The notes under the pieces: generated by a model | Seen by the model: only the letters and a program-made list of their open reading frames with translations | What the model was told of the DNA's origin: nothing | Database searches by the model: none | Shown: positions 14,187-26,800 of the stretch, piece by piece | How positions within the stretch are numbered: the first letter of the stretch is position 1 | Layout of the letters: each line of letters starts with the position of its first letter | Program-made: the position numbers and the translations under genes | Assembly (NCBI RefSeq): GCF_964355755.1 | Contig: NC_092672.1 | Location: forward strand, 1,240,001-1,304,000 | From: Antedon mediterranea | Taxonomy: Eukaryota; Animalia; Echinodermata | Reading direction: 5' to 3' | DNA length: 64,000 nucleotides

Positions 14187-14699
14187 TTAGAATAAGGATA
14201 ATCATGGTGATGTCATCAACATTGTTTGGCCTCTCAACATTATGCAAATTGGATAGTAAATTTACATTTGCAAATCTACCTTTATTGCTAATATCATCAA
14301 TAATAAGATATTCCTAAGTTGGTTACATTACTTACATTCTACCCATCATTCCTAGCTCTCTGCTGTAATCATTGTAAATCTTTAACGAAGATATAAATTA
14401 CGCGGTTACTTTTAGCAGTATCTCGTCTGCAATTAGAACACCGCGTTCTCGAGGGACTCTCGCGTATCGATAACGCGTTAACCGCGTGCCTATTGAACCG
14501 AGTATCCCGATTGTAAACTGAGCACTATTCTCAATATCTTAGTGTAATTATTAAGATTGTGGTGTGTACGTATGAATAGAATTGATCGATAATGTAGCAG
14601 TGATACTTCGGGTTTGTACGACGATAACGCTATTTCAACTGAATCAATGAAGCGCTGGTTTGAAAATCACACCGTTGAAAACTATACTTTGCAACGCGT

Positions 14700-14847
14700 A
14701 CCTTGGTACACACTTGGATGCAACGCAAGGACGTAACCGCATCGCAAGTTAAACAATCACGACGAGATGGGTCCGAGTGTCGCGTGTGATTGCTCAACTC
14801 ATTTGCGTTGCGCCTACGTCACTGCGTTGCATCCAAGTTGGAACCAA
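14700..14847. mobile_element. MITE family B
   Basis: CTTGGATGCAACGCA...TGCGTTGCATCCAAG inverted arms. Confidence 0.75.
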
Positions 14848-15587
14848 AATAAATGGTGTAATGAACGTTTTAGCTGCTACAGAGTTTGCCAATATATCCA
14901 CAGAAAGAAGCAAAAAATAAATATAAAAAAAGTTTTTCTCATGGTAACAAAATAGAAATAATGTTAATTTTATTTACAAATAAAAATAGTTCGTTATAAG
15001 TAATAGGAACTGGATCACATTGCACCTTAACAAATAAGTCTGCAACAAACAGAGAATAATATTTGAATAATTGCATTTTAGAAATTTAGAATATTAAACT
15101 TAAAGATGCTCTTGTGTGTGTGTCGTGTTGATATAAAGATACTGAAACGGCCGCGTGAACACACTTCAACAAATATAAACACAAATCTCGCAATGCACTC
15201 AAATCTTAGCAGCGCTATTATACTAGACCTGAGGTGATAACGAATGAAAGGATGCCAGAATCGGTATCTAATGGTAATTAATGAACTCGAAGTAAATTAA
15301 AGAAATGGTGTGATATATTACCACTCGATGGATCATTGACGACGGCGAATGATAACAGCGTCCAGGCGCCTAACATATTTCAACATTTAGAAAACGAATT
15401 AAGATATCTTGCTTAGAAAATAATTACTTAAATGTAAGCTTTAAAATGTATTTAAGAAACAAGCATTCGATGATAAGATTATGTAACACATATCCGTTTT
15501 ACTTAATCAAAAAAATGTAAATGAGCGTAGTTTATTATAAGTAAAGTATGAAATCGAAAGCATCACCAACACAAGACACGCGAGCTA

Positions 15588-15768
15588 AAGCGTGGTTCCC
15601 ACTAGCGACGCAACACAAGGAAGTAACGCAACGCAAGTGAATTGACCAATCACAAGCGATGGCTTATTCGCTTGTGATTGCTAACTGTCTATAACTTCGC
15701 TTGTCATTGGTTAAAACGCTTGCGTTGCGTTTACATCCTTGCGTTACGTTCTAGTGGGAACCAAGCTT
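15588..15768. mobile_element. MITE family B (palindromic, CCAAT-bearing; TA-flanked)
   Basis: TIR AAGCGTGGTTCCCACTAG / CTAGTGGGAACCAAGCTT; near-identical copy at 46054-46233. Confidence 0.85.
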
Positions 15769-15816
15769 TAGGTAGATTGTAACTGACTATTGAAACAGTC
15801 CAAGTAAACTTATGTT

Positions 15817-15957
15817 AAGCTTGGTTCACACTAGGACGCAACGCAATGACATAAGTGCAACGCCGCGTGAGTTGACCAATGACAACCGAATGTGCGAATC
15901 ATTTTTAAAATCACTTTAACTTAGTCCAACACTCGTCCCTTAGTGGGAACTAAGCAT
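15817..15957. mobile_element. MITE family B (degenerate)
   Basis: AAGCTTGGTTCACACTAGGACGCAACGCAA...TAGTGGGAACTAAGC. Confidence 0.7.
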
Positions 15958-16685
15958 TATGTTATCCCTGTCACATCATATTCGTGTACCAATAACTTCA
16001 TAATAGTGACATTATTAGTAACTGCAAGTTTACAACATATATTATCAACAACTAATTAATTAAGTTAACGTAACGTTTGAAACTTCAAGTGAAATTAATA
16101 ACTTAGTAGTTCCAACATTGATTAACTAATTAACAGTATTAAAATGAAAACGATCAATTGATTGATTGAGATATCTTCCTTTATGATTTGTTATTCTTCA
16201 TACGAGTTTGTTTTTTTGAGAAACATAATCAGAAAGATCAATTATTCAGGAATGATTAATATTTAGGCCTATGAAACGGCAGCAGTAGTAAGTACAGTTT
16301 GAACCCAAATCGGAACATTGGTTTTATGTCCTCTTATTTTTAACCACATATATGTCATATAAATGCATTTACGGATGGATTAGTATAAGAATACGGTAAT
16401 CAGTTAAGTCAACTTCAATTTACGGTAATTTAAATAGCCAATGAAATTATATAATAACCATGACGTTTTGCTTCTTCGACTGTGTGTAGGAAGACAGCCA
16501 AGCAGTGTGGGAGTTGTTACAGGAAGGAAGAATGGGGTTGTGTGGAAAGGTGGTATCAGGTAGAAGGTGTGTGGCATGAAGAAGGCGTGTGGCAGGATGT
16601 CGGTGTGTCGCTGCAGAAAAGAGGAGTACAGTTTACCAAATGACATGATGTTTTTGGTAGAATACATGCTTGGTGAAAGAAGATT

Positions 16686-16992
16686 TTATGTAAACGAACG
16701 ATTTCATTAGTAAACCAACGATTTCATGTAAACCAACGATTTTGTGCTATCCAACGATCTTATGTAAACCGCGCGATCTTATTTAAACCGCGTGATCTTA
16801 TGTTAACCGCGCGATCTTATGTAAACTGCGTGATCTTATGTAAACCGCGCTATCTTATGTAAACCGCGCGATCTTATGTAAACCGCGCGATCTTATGTAA
16901 ACCGCGCGGTCTTATGTAAATCGCACGATCTTATTTAAACCGCGCGATCTTATATAAACCGCGCGATCTTATGTAAACCGCGCGATCTTATG
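16686..16992. repeat. 19-bp minisatellite (TAAACCGCGCGATCTTATG), ~15 copies
   Basis: Tandem array, degenerate at the left end. Confidence 0.92.
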
Positions 16993-17447
16993 GAAACATA
17001 TTATATTTTATAATCTGATGTTTGAAAGATAATGAACAATTATTTAACATAATGAAGAGAATAAAAAACATTCGATACATTTTCAATGATGCTGAATTGG
17101 ACAATATAGTGTTTAACATAATGTATTCATTGAGTTACTGCAATAATAGTAATAGTTATATATTACAAATTACCATTGCGAGAGGATACCATATGTTACA
17201 GCGATATGTTTCCATATGTCAAATGCATTAGTGTTTATGTACTAAAGGTAGACATATGTTAATTTTTCTGTTGCATTTTCTATAGTCAGACTAGAGCACT
17301 ATTAACGAGACACTTTTGGTACCCAACAAAATGCTCAAAATATGACTCTGTTTATAATAAAAACCATATTGTTTTTTCAAATACAATTATCAATGTTTGT
17401 TAGGATTGTCCACACACAAAACAACAACCACAGATTATCTGTTTTAA

Positions 17448-17611
17448 AGCTCTGTCTACACTCTTAAACTTCATGTGACAAAAATGTGTGCTGTGCTTAC
17501 CTAAATATGGATATGATAATATGATATCGCTACCATATTTGTGAATATTACTACAATGTTTGGGAACATCACACTTTTTTGTCAAACTAGTTTGATAGTG
17601 TGGACAGAGCT
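17448..17611. mobile_element. MITE family A
   Basis: TIRs, TAA TSD. Confidence 0.85.
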
Positions 17612-18664
17612 TAAGGCCTGTTGACATACCGTAGGTGTGCTGCCGATCAAGTAAGTAGGCCTTATCTCAATAGAACCTACTATTTATATTATTTTACGGT
17701 ATTTTATTCATGTATAGGCGGGTTGGATTTAACATAGCTTCAAAAACAATATATCTGGATTAAAAAATTTAATAAAATCCCTGACAAGCAGTATACAAGT
17801 ACAAAACACAGAGACAAGACTGATACATTATTTATACGAGGTTACCATAGCAACAACAACGGATTTCAAACAATAGTGAATATAAATGATGTCGATGTTG
17901 TTATTTATAACAATAGTAATATTTATTATAAATACGTTGGAACAGCGTTATTGACATCTTACATTCACCAACAATATAACCATGACGTCACTCAACAATT
18001 TCCATATTCATGATTATAAGTTTTGAGTTACATTCATTTTATATTACATATTTTTTAAATGTTATTTTTTTTTTATTCACGTGTTAGTGCCCTCTTATAT
18101 GGACCACCTCTGGCCTTCTTGTCTACGGATATTATTATAGCAGACAATAGATTATTATTATCAGTATCACTTTTTGTGATATTTGGATTATTATGGACAA
18201 TTTATTTACAATTTTGTCAAGTTTTCCAACTCTTACCGGCTTCCTTTCAGAATACAGTTATGACATATATCATGTGATACACATGCAACTCTGTAATCAA
18301 GGAATGTGTTTATGATACTGAGAGCAGCAAGTGACATTTGTTAGATAAAATATATAAATAAAATTACTGAAATTAATTTAAACTCACCTCTTTGAGAAAA
18401 TTGTGTTCATTTGTTTCTTTTCTCTACCGTCTACGTTCATTATCTATCCAAGCTATTGCAGCATAGGATGCACTAGTACCGTGGAGTACAGTACTTGTAT
18501 TTCTTATGGCTAAAATAATATGTTTGCATTTTGCCATAAACTCGCTGCCGGCGGCGGAGGCGCGGGCGTTTTTCATACAGTAGTGCATCTGAAGACGAGC
18601 GACTTTCTTCATCTTCCGTTCCTATATCATGCAATCAGATGACAAACATGAAGATAATACATAT

Positions 18665-21600
18665 ACTATAGTACAGGGATTTTGTCATATCAATTGTGCT
18701 ATAGTAACCAGTTTTGACATAAATGGTTACTATAGTATAATAAACATGCGCAGAGTCGACTAATGGGTTCTGCCCATGTTAATTGTGCTATAGTAACCAG
18801 TTTATCGAAAAATAAAAAAGACGAAAATTGACCATTTTTTGAAAAAATCCCTGTACTATAGTACAGGAAACTTTTAAAAAATGGCCGATTTTCGACCCTT
18901 CTATTTTTTTGACATAAATGGTTACTATAGCATAATAAACATGCGCAGAGTCGAATAATGCGTTCTGCGCATGTCAATTGTGCTATAGTAACCACTTTTG
19001 ACATAAATGGTTACTATTGCATAATAAACATGCGCAGAGTCGAAAAATGGGTTCTGCGCATGTCAATTGTGCTATAGTAACCACTTTTGACATAAATGGC
19101 TACTATTGCATAATAAACATGAGCAGAGGCGAATAATGGGTTCTGCGCATGTTAATTGTTCTGCCCATGTTAATTGTGCTATAGTAACCAGTTTTATCAA
19201 AAAATAAAAAGGACGAAAATTGACCATTTTTTGAAAAAATCCCTGTACTATAGTACAGGGAAATTTTCAAAAATGGCCGATTTTCGACCCTTTTATTTTT
19301 TTACAAAAATGGTTACTATTGCATAATAAACATGCGCAGAGACGAATAATTGGTTCTGCGCATGTCAATTGTGCTATAGTAACCACTTTTGACATGAATG
19401 GTTACTATTGCATAATAAACATGCACAGAGTCGACTAATGGGTTCTGCGCATGTTAATTGTGCTATAGTAACCACTTTTGACATAAATGGTTACTATAGC
19501 ATAATAAACATGCGCAGAGTCGACTAATGGGTTCTGCGCATGTTAATTGTGGTATAGTAACCAGTTTTATCGAAAAATAGAAAGGTCGAAAATTGGCAAT
19601 TTTTTTGAAAAAAATCCCTGTACAGAAAATTTTCGAAAAATGGCCGATTTTCGACCCTTTTATTTTTTGACATAAATGGTTATTATTGCATAATAAACAT
19701 GCGCAGAGACGAATAATGTTTCTGCGCATGTGAATTGTGCAATGGTAACCAGTTTTGACATAAATGGTTACTATAGTATAATAAACATTCGCAGAGTCGA
19801 CTAATGGGTTCTGCGCATGTTAATTGTGCTATAGTAACCAGTTTTATCGAAAAATAAAAAGGATGAAAATTGACCATTTTTTGAAAAAATCCCTGTACTA
19901 TAGTACAGGAAAATTTTCGAAAAATGGTCGATTTTCGACCTTTTTATATTTTGACATAAATGGTTATTATTGCATAATAAACATGCGCAGAGACGAATAA
20001 TGGGTTCTGCGCATGTCAATTGTGCTATAGTAACCACTTTTGACATAAATGGTTACTATTGCATAATAAAATGCGCAGAGGCGAATAATGGGTTCTGCGC
20101 ATATCAATTGTGCTATAGTAACCAGTTTTATCGAAAAATAAAAAGGTCGAAAATTGGCCATTTTTTTGAAAAAAATCCCGGTACTATAGTATAGGAAAAT
20201 TTTCAAAAATGGCCGATTTTTTACCTTTCTATTTTTTAACATAAATGGTTACTATAGCATAATAAACATGCGCAGAGTCGAATAATGCGTTCTGCGCATG
20301 TCAATTGTGCTATAGTAACCACTTTTGCCATAAATGGTTACTATTGCATAATAAACATGGGCAGAGTCGACTAATGGGTTCTGCGCATGTTAATTGTGCT
20401 ATAGTAACCAGTTTTATCGAAAAATAAAAAGGACGAAAATTGACAATTTTTTGAAAAAATCCCTGTACTATAGTACAGGAAAATTTGCGAAAAATGGTCG
20501 ATTTTCGACCCTTTTATTTTTTGACATAAATGGTTACTATTGCATAATAAACATGCGCAGAGACGAATAATGGGTTCTGCGCATTTCAATTGTGCTATAG
20601 TAACCACTTTTGACATAAATGGTTACTATTGCATAATAAACATGCGCAGAGGCGAATAATGGGTTCTGCGCATATCAGTTGTGCTATAGTAACCAGTTTT
20701 ATCGAAAAATAAAAAGGTCGAAAATTGGCCATTTTTTGGAAAAAATCCCTGTACTATAGTACAGGGAAATTTTCAAAAATGACCGATTTTCGACCCTTCT
20801 ATTTTTTGACATAAATGGTTACTATAGCATAATAAACATGCGCAGAGTCGAATAATGGCTTCTGCGCATGTCAATTGTGCTATAGTAACCACTTTTGACA
20901 TAAATGGTTATATTACTATAGCATAATAAACATGAGCAGAGTCGAATAATGCGTTCTGCGCATGTCAATTGTGCTATAGTAACCAGTTTTATCGAAATAT
21001 AAAAATGTAGAATTAGGTAGGTAAAAGGGAAATTTTCAAAAAAATGGCCGATTTTCGACCCTTTTTATTAAATGGTTACTATAGTATAATAAACATGCGC
21101 AGAGGCGAATAATGGGTTCTGCGCTTGTCAATTGTGCTATAGTAACCAGTTTTATCGAAAAATAAAAAGGACGAAAATTGACAATTTTTTGAAAAAATCC
21201 CTGTACTATAGTACAGGAAAATTTGCGAAAAATGGTCGATTTTCGACCCGTTTATTTTTTGACATAAATGGTTACTATTGCATAATAAACATGCGCAGAG
21301 ACGAATAATGGGTTCTGCGCATTTCAATTGTGCTATAGTAACCACTTTTGACATAAATGGTTACTATTGCATAATAAACATGCGCAGAGGCGAATAATGG
21401 GTTCTGCGCATATCAGTTGTGCTATAGTAACCAGTTTTATCGAAAAATAAAAAGGTCGAAAATTGGCCATTTTTTGGAAAAAATCCCTGTACTATAGTAC
21501 AGGGAAATTTTCAAAAATGACCGATTTTCGACCCTTCTATTTTTTGACATAAATGGTTACTATAGCATAATAAACATGCGCAGAGTCGAATAATGGCTTC

Positions 21601-22160
21601 TGCGCATGTCAATTGTGCTATAGTAACCACTTTTGACATAAATGGTTATATTACTATAGCATAATAAACATGAGCAGAGTCGAATAATGCGTTCTGCGCA
21701 TGTCAATTGTGCTATAGTAACCAGTTTTATCGAAATATAAAAAGGTAGAATTAGGTAGGTAAAAGGGAAATTTTCAAAAAATGGCCGATTTTCGACCCTT
21801 TTTATTAAATGGTTACTATAGTATAATAAACATGCGCAGAGGCGAATAATGGGTTCTGCGCTTGTCAATTGTGCTATAGTAACCAGTTTTATCGAAAAAT
21901 TAAAAGGTCGAAAATTGGCAATTTTTTTGAAAAAATCCCTGTACTATAAAAAATCCCTGCACTATAGTACATGGATTTATTCAAAAAGGGCAAAATGGCA
22001 CCCTTTTATTTTTCGACAAAACTGGTTTCTATGGCACTATAAACTGATGTTAATGTAATATATGATCATATATAGCAATATTATCGCATATAAATTGAAT
22101 TTATAAAACTTGATATCTTGGCCATTTTTGAACAAATCCCTGTACAGGGATTTTTTGGTA
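18665..22160. repeat. Complex palindromic satellite: 89-bp hairpin unit interspersed with a ~120-bp second hairpin; ~285-bp and ~738-bp higher-order periods
   Basis: GGTTACTATAGCATAATAAACATGCGCAGA..TCTGCGCATGTCAATTGTGCTATAGTAACC alternates with arms centred on CCCTGTACTATAGTACAGGG. Confidence 0.95.
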
Positions 22161-22510
22161 ATTTTATACAAGAAATAAATATATCATACTGTCTGATGAC
22201 TGTTACTACGATGTAAATAACACAAAATGCTAACAGTATCCATGAAATTAGTGTTTTAGTTTCATTTGATATCATAGAATTACTAACATAAGGCAGGTGT
22301 TGAGGGCAGTGTTCTCAATAATTTAGAAATCAACAATTATGCACTGTACCTAACCATATCATAATAGTGGTATACTGTAAGATTATCCAAAAATAAATCA
22401 AATTTACAACATATATATTTTTTATACTTTCTCTTGTTTAATGTTTCTAGTGGCTAGGCCTAGCCTACCAACACTAGACAAGTGTTCGTTACATTTTCAC
22501 CATTTTCTAA

Positions 22511-22691
22511 AGCTCTGTCTAAACAATCAAACTAGTTTAACAAAAAATGTTACGTGCCCAAATATGGTAGTGATATTCCTAAATATAGTAGTGATATGCT
22601 TAAATATGGTAGTGATATGACATCATCATGTCCCTATATGGGCACATCACATTTTTTTTGTCATATAAAGTTTGATAGTGCAGACAGAGCT
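22511..22691. mobile_element. MITE family A
   Basis: TIRs, 3 internal units. Confidence 0.85.
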
Positions 22692-23133
22692 AAACGCCAG
22701 TTGGAAGCTATTCATTCAGGTAAATCTTGCTGATGCAACCGACGCCGAGAGTTATATACACAGAAAAAATTAAATAATTATTCTTGATAATCCTTTAAAC
22801 GTTCTAGTCTAGACATCTTATTGCCACAAAAAGAGCAATATTTGGTAATGAGAAGGCATGATTTAAATATAGCACCTATTATAAATTATAAATAACAATC
22901 CTTAGCTGTACTACACAGTGATGTATGTAAAAAGGTGTGTTGTATAATATGCAGGATTCCCTCATCATTACTCAGTACTCTGTGCATTGTTTGCATTTAC
23001 TAAAAAATGGAAAGAAAAACAAAATTCAATACATTCTTCAAATTATTGTGGAAACCTAGTAAATATTTGATAATAGAAAAAAGTACTGTATGTTCTAATA
23101 AATATTTTATAACACCTACATAAATTCCAGTCA

Positions 23134-23232
23134 TTTGATTGGATGATTGTGGGTCACGTAAGCCTAACTAGGCCTAGGATTGTTTGATTGGATGATTGTG
23201 GGTCACGTAAGCCTAACTAGACCTAGGATTGT
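23134..23232. repeat. ~49-bp direct duplication
   Basis: TTTGATTGGATGATTGTGGGTCACGTAAGCCTAACTAG.CCTAGGATTG x2. Confidence 0.85.
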
Positions 23233-23705
23233 ATGGTCGTTGTCATAATTAATATTACAGTAGTTATATTTTGCCTTGTTTAAATATAACACTATTCACC
23301 TCATGGCCTTATGTACCATTCCACTCATAAACATTCATTATTTGTATCATAATTAATGAATAATTATTAATTTTCTGTTTAATACGATTTTGGTTTTCAC
23401 AATTAGGCATTAAATCTTTTAATAATTGCAACATGTTCATTTCTAAGAGACAGAAATTTTGAAGATTCTAGATGCAACGGACGTCTGCATTTGTAGATAT
23501 AATTTATTCAAAAGGTATTCAACATTATGCATAAAATCACAACACACAATGTTAAGTGCTATAATTTGTCTGTTAATGTGCAGATGAATAAAATCGATAA
23601 TATGTTTTAAAAAATCAAAATGTAACATATTGTTGATGTATAATATGCATAAGATAAAATCAATAAGTAACAAAAAAAGAAGACTATACCTCATTTCTTG
23701 TTTCT

Positions 23706-23840
23706 TCACCATATATTACCACCCACTCTTCCCCGGAGTAAACTATCGCTTCGTTGCCATGACGACTGGATTAATAAAAAGCATTCCTGACAACGTTGTT
23801 TGACTTTTTCTTCATCAATGGGTTTAATAGGCAAAACAGC
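23706..23840 (-). CDS. PLEKHM2: PLEKHM2 last coding exon
   Basis: AVLPIKPI...IQSSWQRSDSLLRGRVGGNIW* (TGA 23708-23706). Confidence 0.88.
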   Translation of the reverse strand, partial: AVLPIKPIDEEKVKQRCQECFLLIQSSWQRSDSLLRGRVGGNIW

Positions 23841-26800
23841 CTGAAAAAAGTGTAGTTAAAAATAATACGAGTCTTGTTGATAGGTACAGACTGTAACAAG
23901 TTCAATATGAATGTTATAGGTACAGTGGTGATCTAGTCTTTTAAAATTGGGGGAAAGTGGGATGAGGTTGACAGCCTAAAAAATGGTTCTGAACTTAAAC
24001 CTAATGTTCTTAAATTTCTAGTTTCTTGGTTATGTTATTGTTGCTTAAAAATATTATTACCAAGGTATCAATTTAATTATCAAAATGGTATAATTTTTTA
24101 CTGCAAATGTAATAAACCTAAATTATTGTCAACATATTTTTTTTTTTTAAATGGAAACCAGTAACATATGAAAACAAATTATGTCGTAAGTCTGTTTCTG
24201 TATCTATTTTGAAAACAAAGGCTAGAATCTAAAGCATGCAATATTTGTTTAGGATAAGAAGTTAATCCCTTACTTAAATAAATGGATCCACCAAATTTAT
24301 ATGTAATCTTGTTATATGCATAGAAAATGAATTAGGTCTACAAGCAGATAGAAACTTAAGACACAAACTTAAAAGCAGAGTAGATGACAAGATCAACATT
24401 CGATATATATGGATATAGTGATATGGATCCAGCAAGCACTGACCAATCAGAAGCTGTTAATGCACCTATAGATATTACTTTATTAAGCACAAACTTTAGT
24501 GTCTTAAGACAGAAGCCTAAGTGGTTATATAGACATCTTGATTTCAGCATGCTCAGATGATAAAACAGGCTTAGAAGAATAGCAGATATAAAATATGGAT
24601 GTATTGTAAAATAGCGAATTTTACATAAAATGCATTAAATAAAAAAAAACAAAAAAAAAAAACAAAAAGAAAAAAAAATACAAACAGAAAAACAAATACA
24701 AACATGTTTAATACAATCACAATTTTGTAAATAAAAAAAAATTAGTTTGAAACCAAATTATATTCTTTCAATCATTGCATCATGATGAAATATATTCTTT
24801 TTGTAGGTAAGCAATACAGAAAACATAAACTGATCATTTTGTTACATTTTTCTATTGAATTACATGAAGTATGATGTAAGAATTAACCTACAACTGATCA
24901 ATTCATGATTTCTGTATAGCCTACCTACAGATAAACAATGCACATCTTACTGTTGTAATTAGAAATACACATCTCTATGTAAAGCTCTGTCTACACTATC
25001 AAACTAGTTTGACCAAAAAAGTGTGATGTGCCCAAATATGGTGGTGATATGCTTAAATATGGTAGTGATATGACATCATCGTATCCATATATGGGCATAT
25101 TGCAATGTGGACAAAGATTTAGAAGAGGATCTTAACATTACAAAATGAACCTCAAGAACAAGTTGACAAAAAACGTGTACAAACCTGTTTTGATTTCTGC
25201 CACGCATCACTGACCGCAAGTTCAAACTTCTGTTTCTCGGCTGCGCTCATGAAATAAAACACCCATGGATTGTCCCCCTCACCGTCATTAAATTTCTAGC
25301 AAAAAATTTACAAGATTAATATTAATACTGCAGTAGATTCATTGTTTTACTTCAGTAATATACATTAAATTAACTATACTATTAAACTATAACTATTGAA
25401 TAAGATAATGGTATAGTGTTTTCGGAAGGTTTCTTGCTTTTTTTACTTTATCGTTTTGATCTAGTTTGTTGCTTATTTTATTTGTATCTCCATTGATATC
25501 TTGCCACTGATACCCACAGCATTGTCATTTTGTATCTCCATTGAGATCCAGCCACTGATACCCACAGCATTGTCATTTTGTATCTCCATTGATATCTAGT
25601 CACTGGTACCCACAACATTGTCATTTTGTATCTCCATTGATATCTAGCCACTGATACCCACAGCATTGTCATTTTCTCAGTATTTTGCTTATAAATCTAT
25701 CATTGCATTAATCAATATTATGATATAAATATATTATACTGTTATATTGTCAGTGACATTGTCTTGTCAGTGTGTGTACTGTCCTAATGGTCAGCTTCAG
25801 CTGGATGCACCATGCAAAACATAGTCAAAATAAATCAACATGTAACATAACTATTATATAATACTTACAACTATTGAATAAGACTGTAGTGCGTAGTCCA
25901 TCTGTAGACTGGTGATGTCACATATATTACAGCTACCAAGAATACGATAGAATTGCGTTTGACAGTCTTCGTGACAAAGAAACAACTTGGTATCCGACAC
26001 GACTAGACAACAAGGCTGGCAGGGAGAAGGTGCGTTACCCTCAATTTTAGACGTCATCTGTGAACATTAAAAGTTGTGATGGATACATTATTTTATTTTC
26101 ATTATAAAAGTTTTTTTATTTATTTTTTTTTTCTCCATGGATTTTTCTTCTTGAAAATCTACTATTACCGGTAGTTTCTTCATTAATAATAATAGAATAA
26201 GAATAATTTTTATTAAATCTTCTTTCTTTTAAAAAAAAAAAAAATTTATGTGAATTTCTCTTTTTTAAATATTGTATTGTACCAATATATAATATTCAAC
26301 AGTATATATATATATATGTATACGTACACTTTGTGCAACTATAGTGCAGATGGCTTGTAGCCAATCAGAGACTTCCATTTCATTTTCGCAGGCAACTTGC
26401 AGTGACGAGCCATCATCCAGAATGAGTTCAAAGGCATATGGTCGATCTCCATTACGCACTCGACGACATCCGCCAAAACGATTTGACCTAAACATTGATG
26501 ATACCAATATTTTATATTTTAGAAAACACATTATAATTGGTACTCATACAGTGTCAAAGTTATGCAACAATGTTCATGTTAATATCAAATGGGTTTTTGA
26601 CAATAGTTGCAACCAATACAGTATAGTAATTTACAGCCAATACAGCAATTTGTAGCCAATACAGTAATTTGCAACCAATACAGTAATTTGCAGCCAATAC
26701 AGTAATTTGCAACCAATACAGTAATTTGCAACCAATATCGTAATTTGCAACCAATACAGTAATTTGTAGCCAATACAGTAATTTGCAGCCAATACAGTAA

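Noticed and set aside
544-18300. Short ORFs in the left 18 kb, including the hydrophobic 18059-18277 ORF and the purine-rich 16404-16667 segment
   Set aside because: No recognisable domains, no consistent splice-phase chain, and several overlap MITEs.
18699-22058. Many Cys-rich ORFs (CAEPIIRLCACLLC..)
   Set aside because: They are translations of the palindromic satellite, with frequent stops and frameshifts between units.
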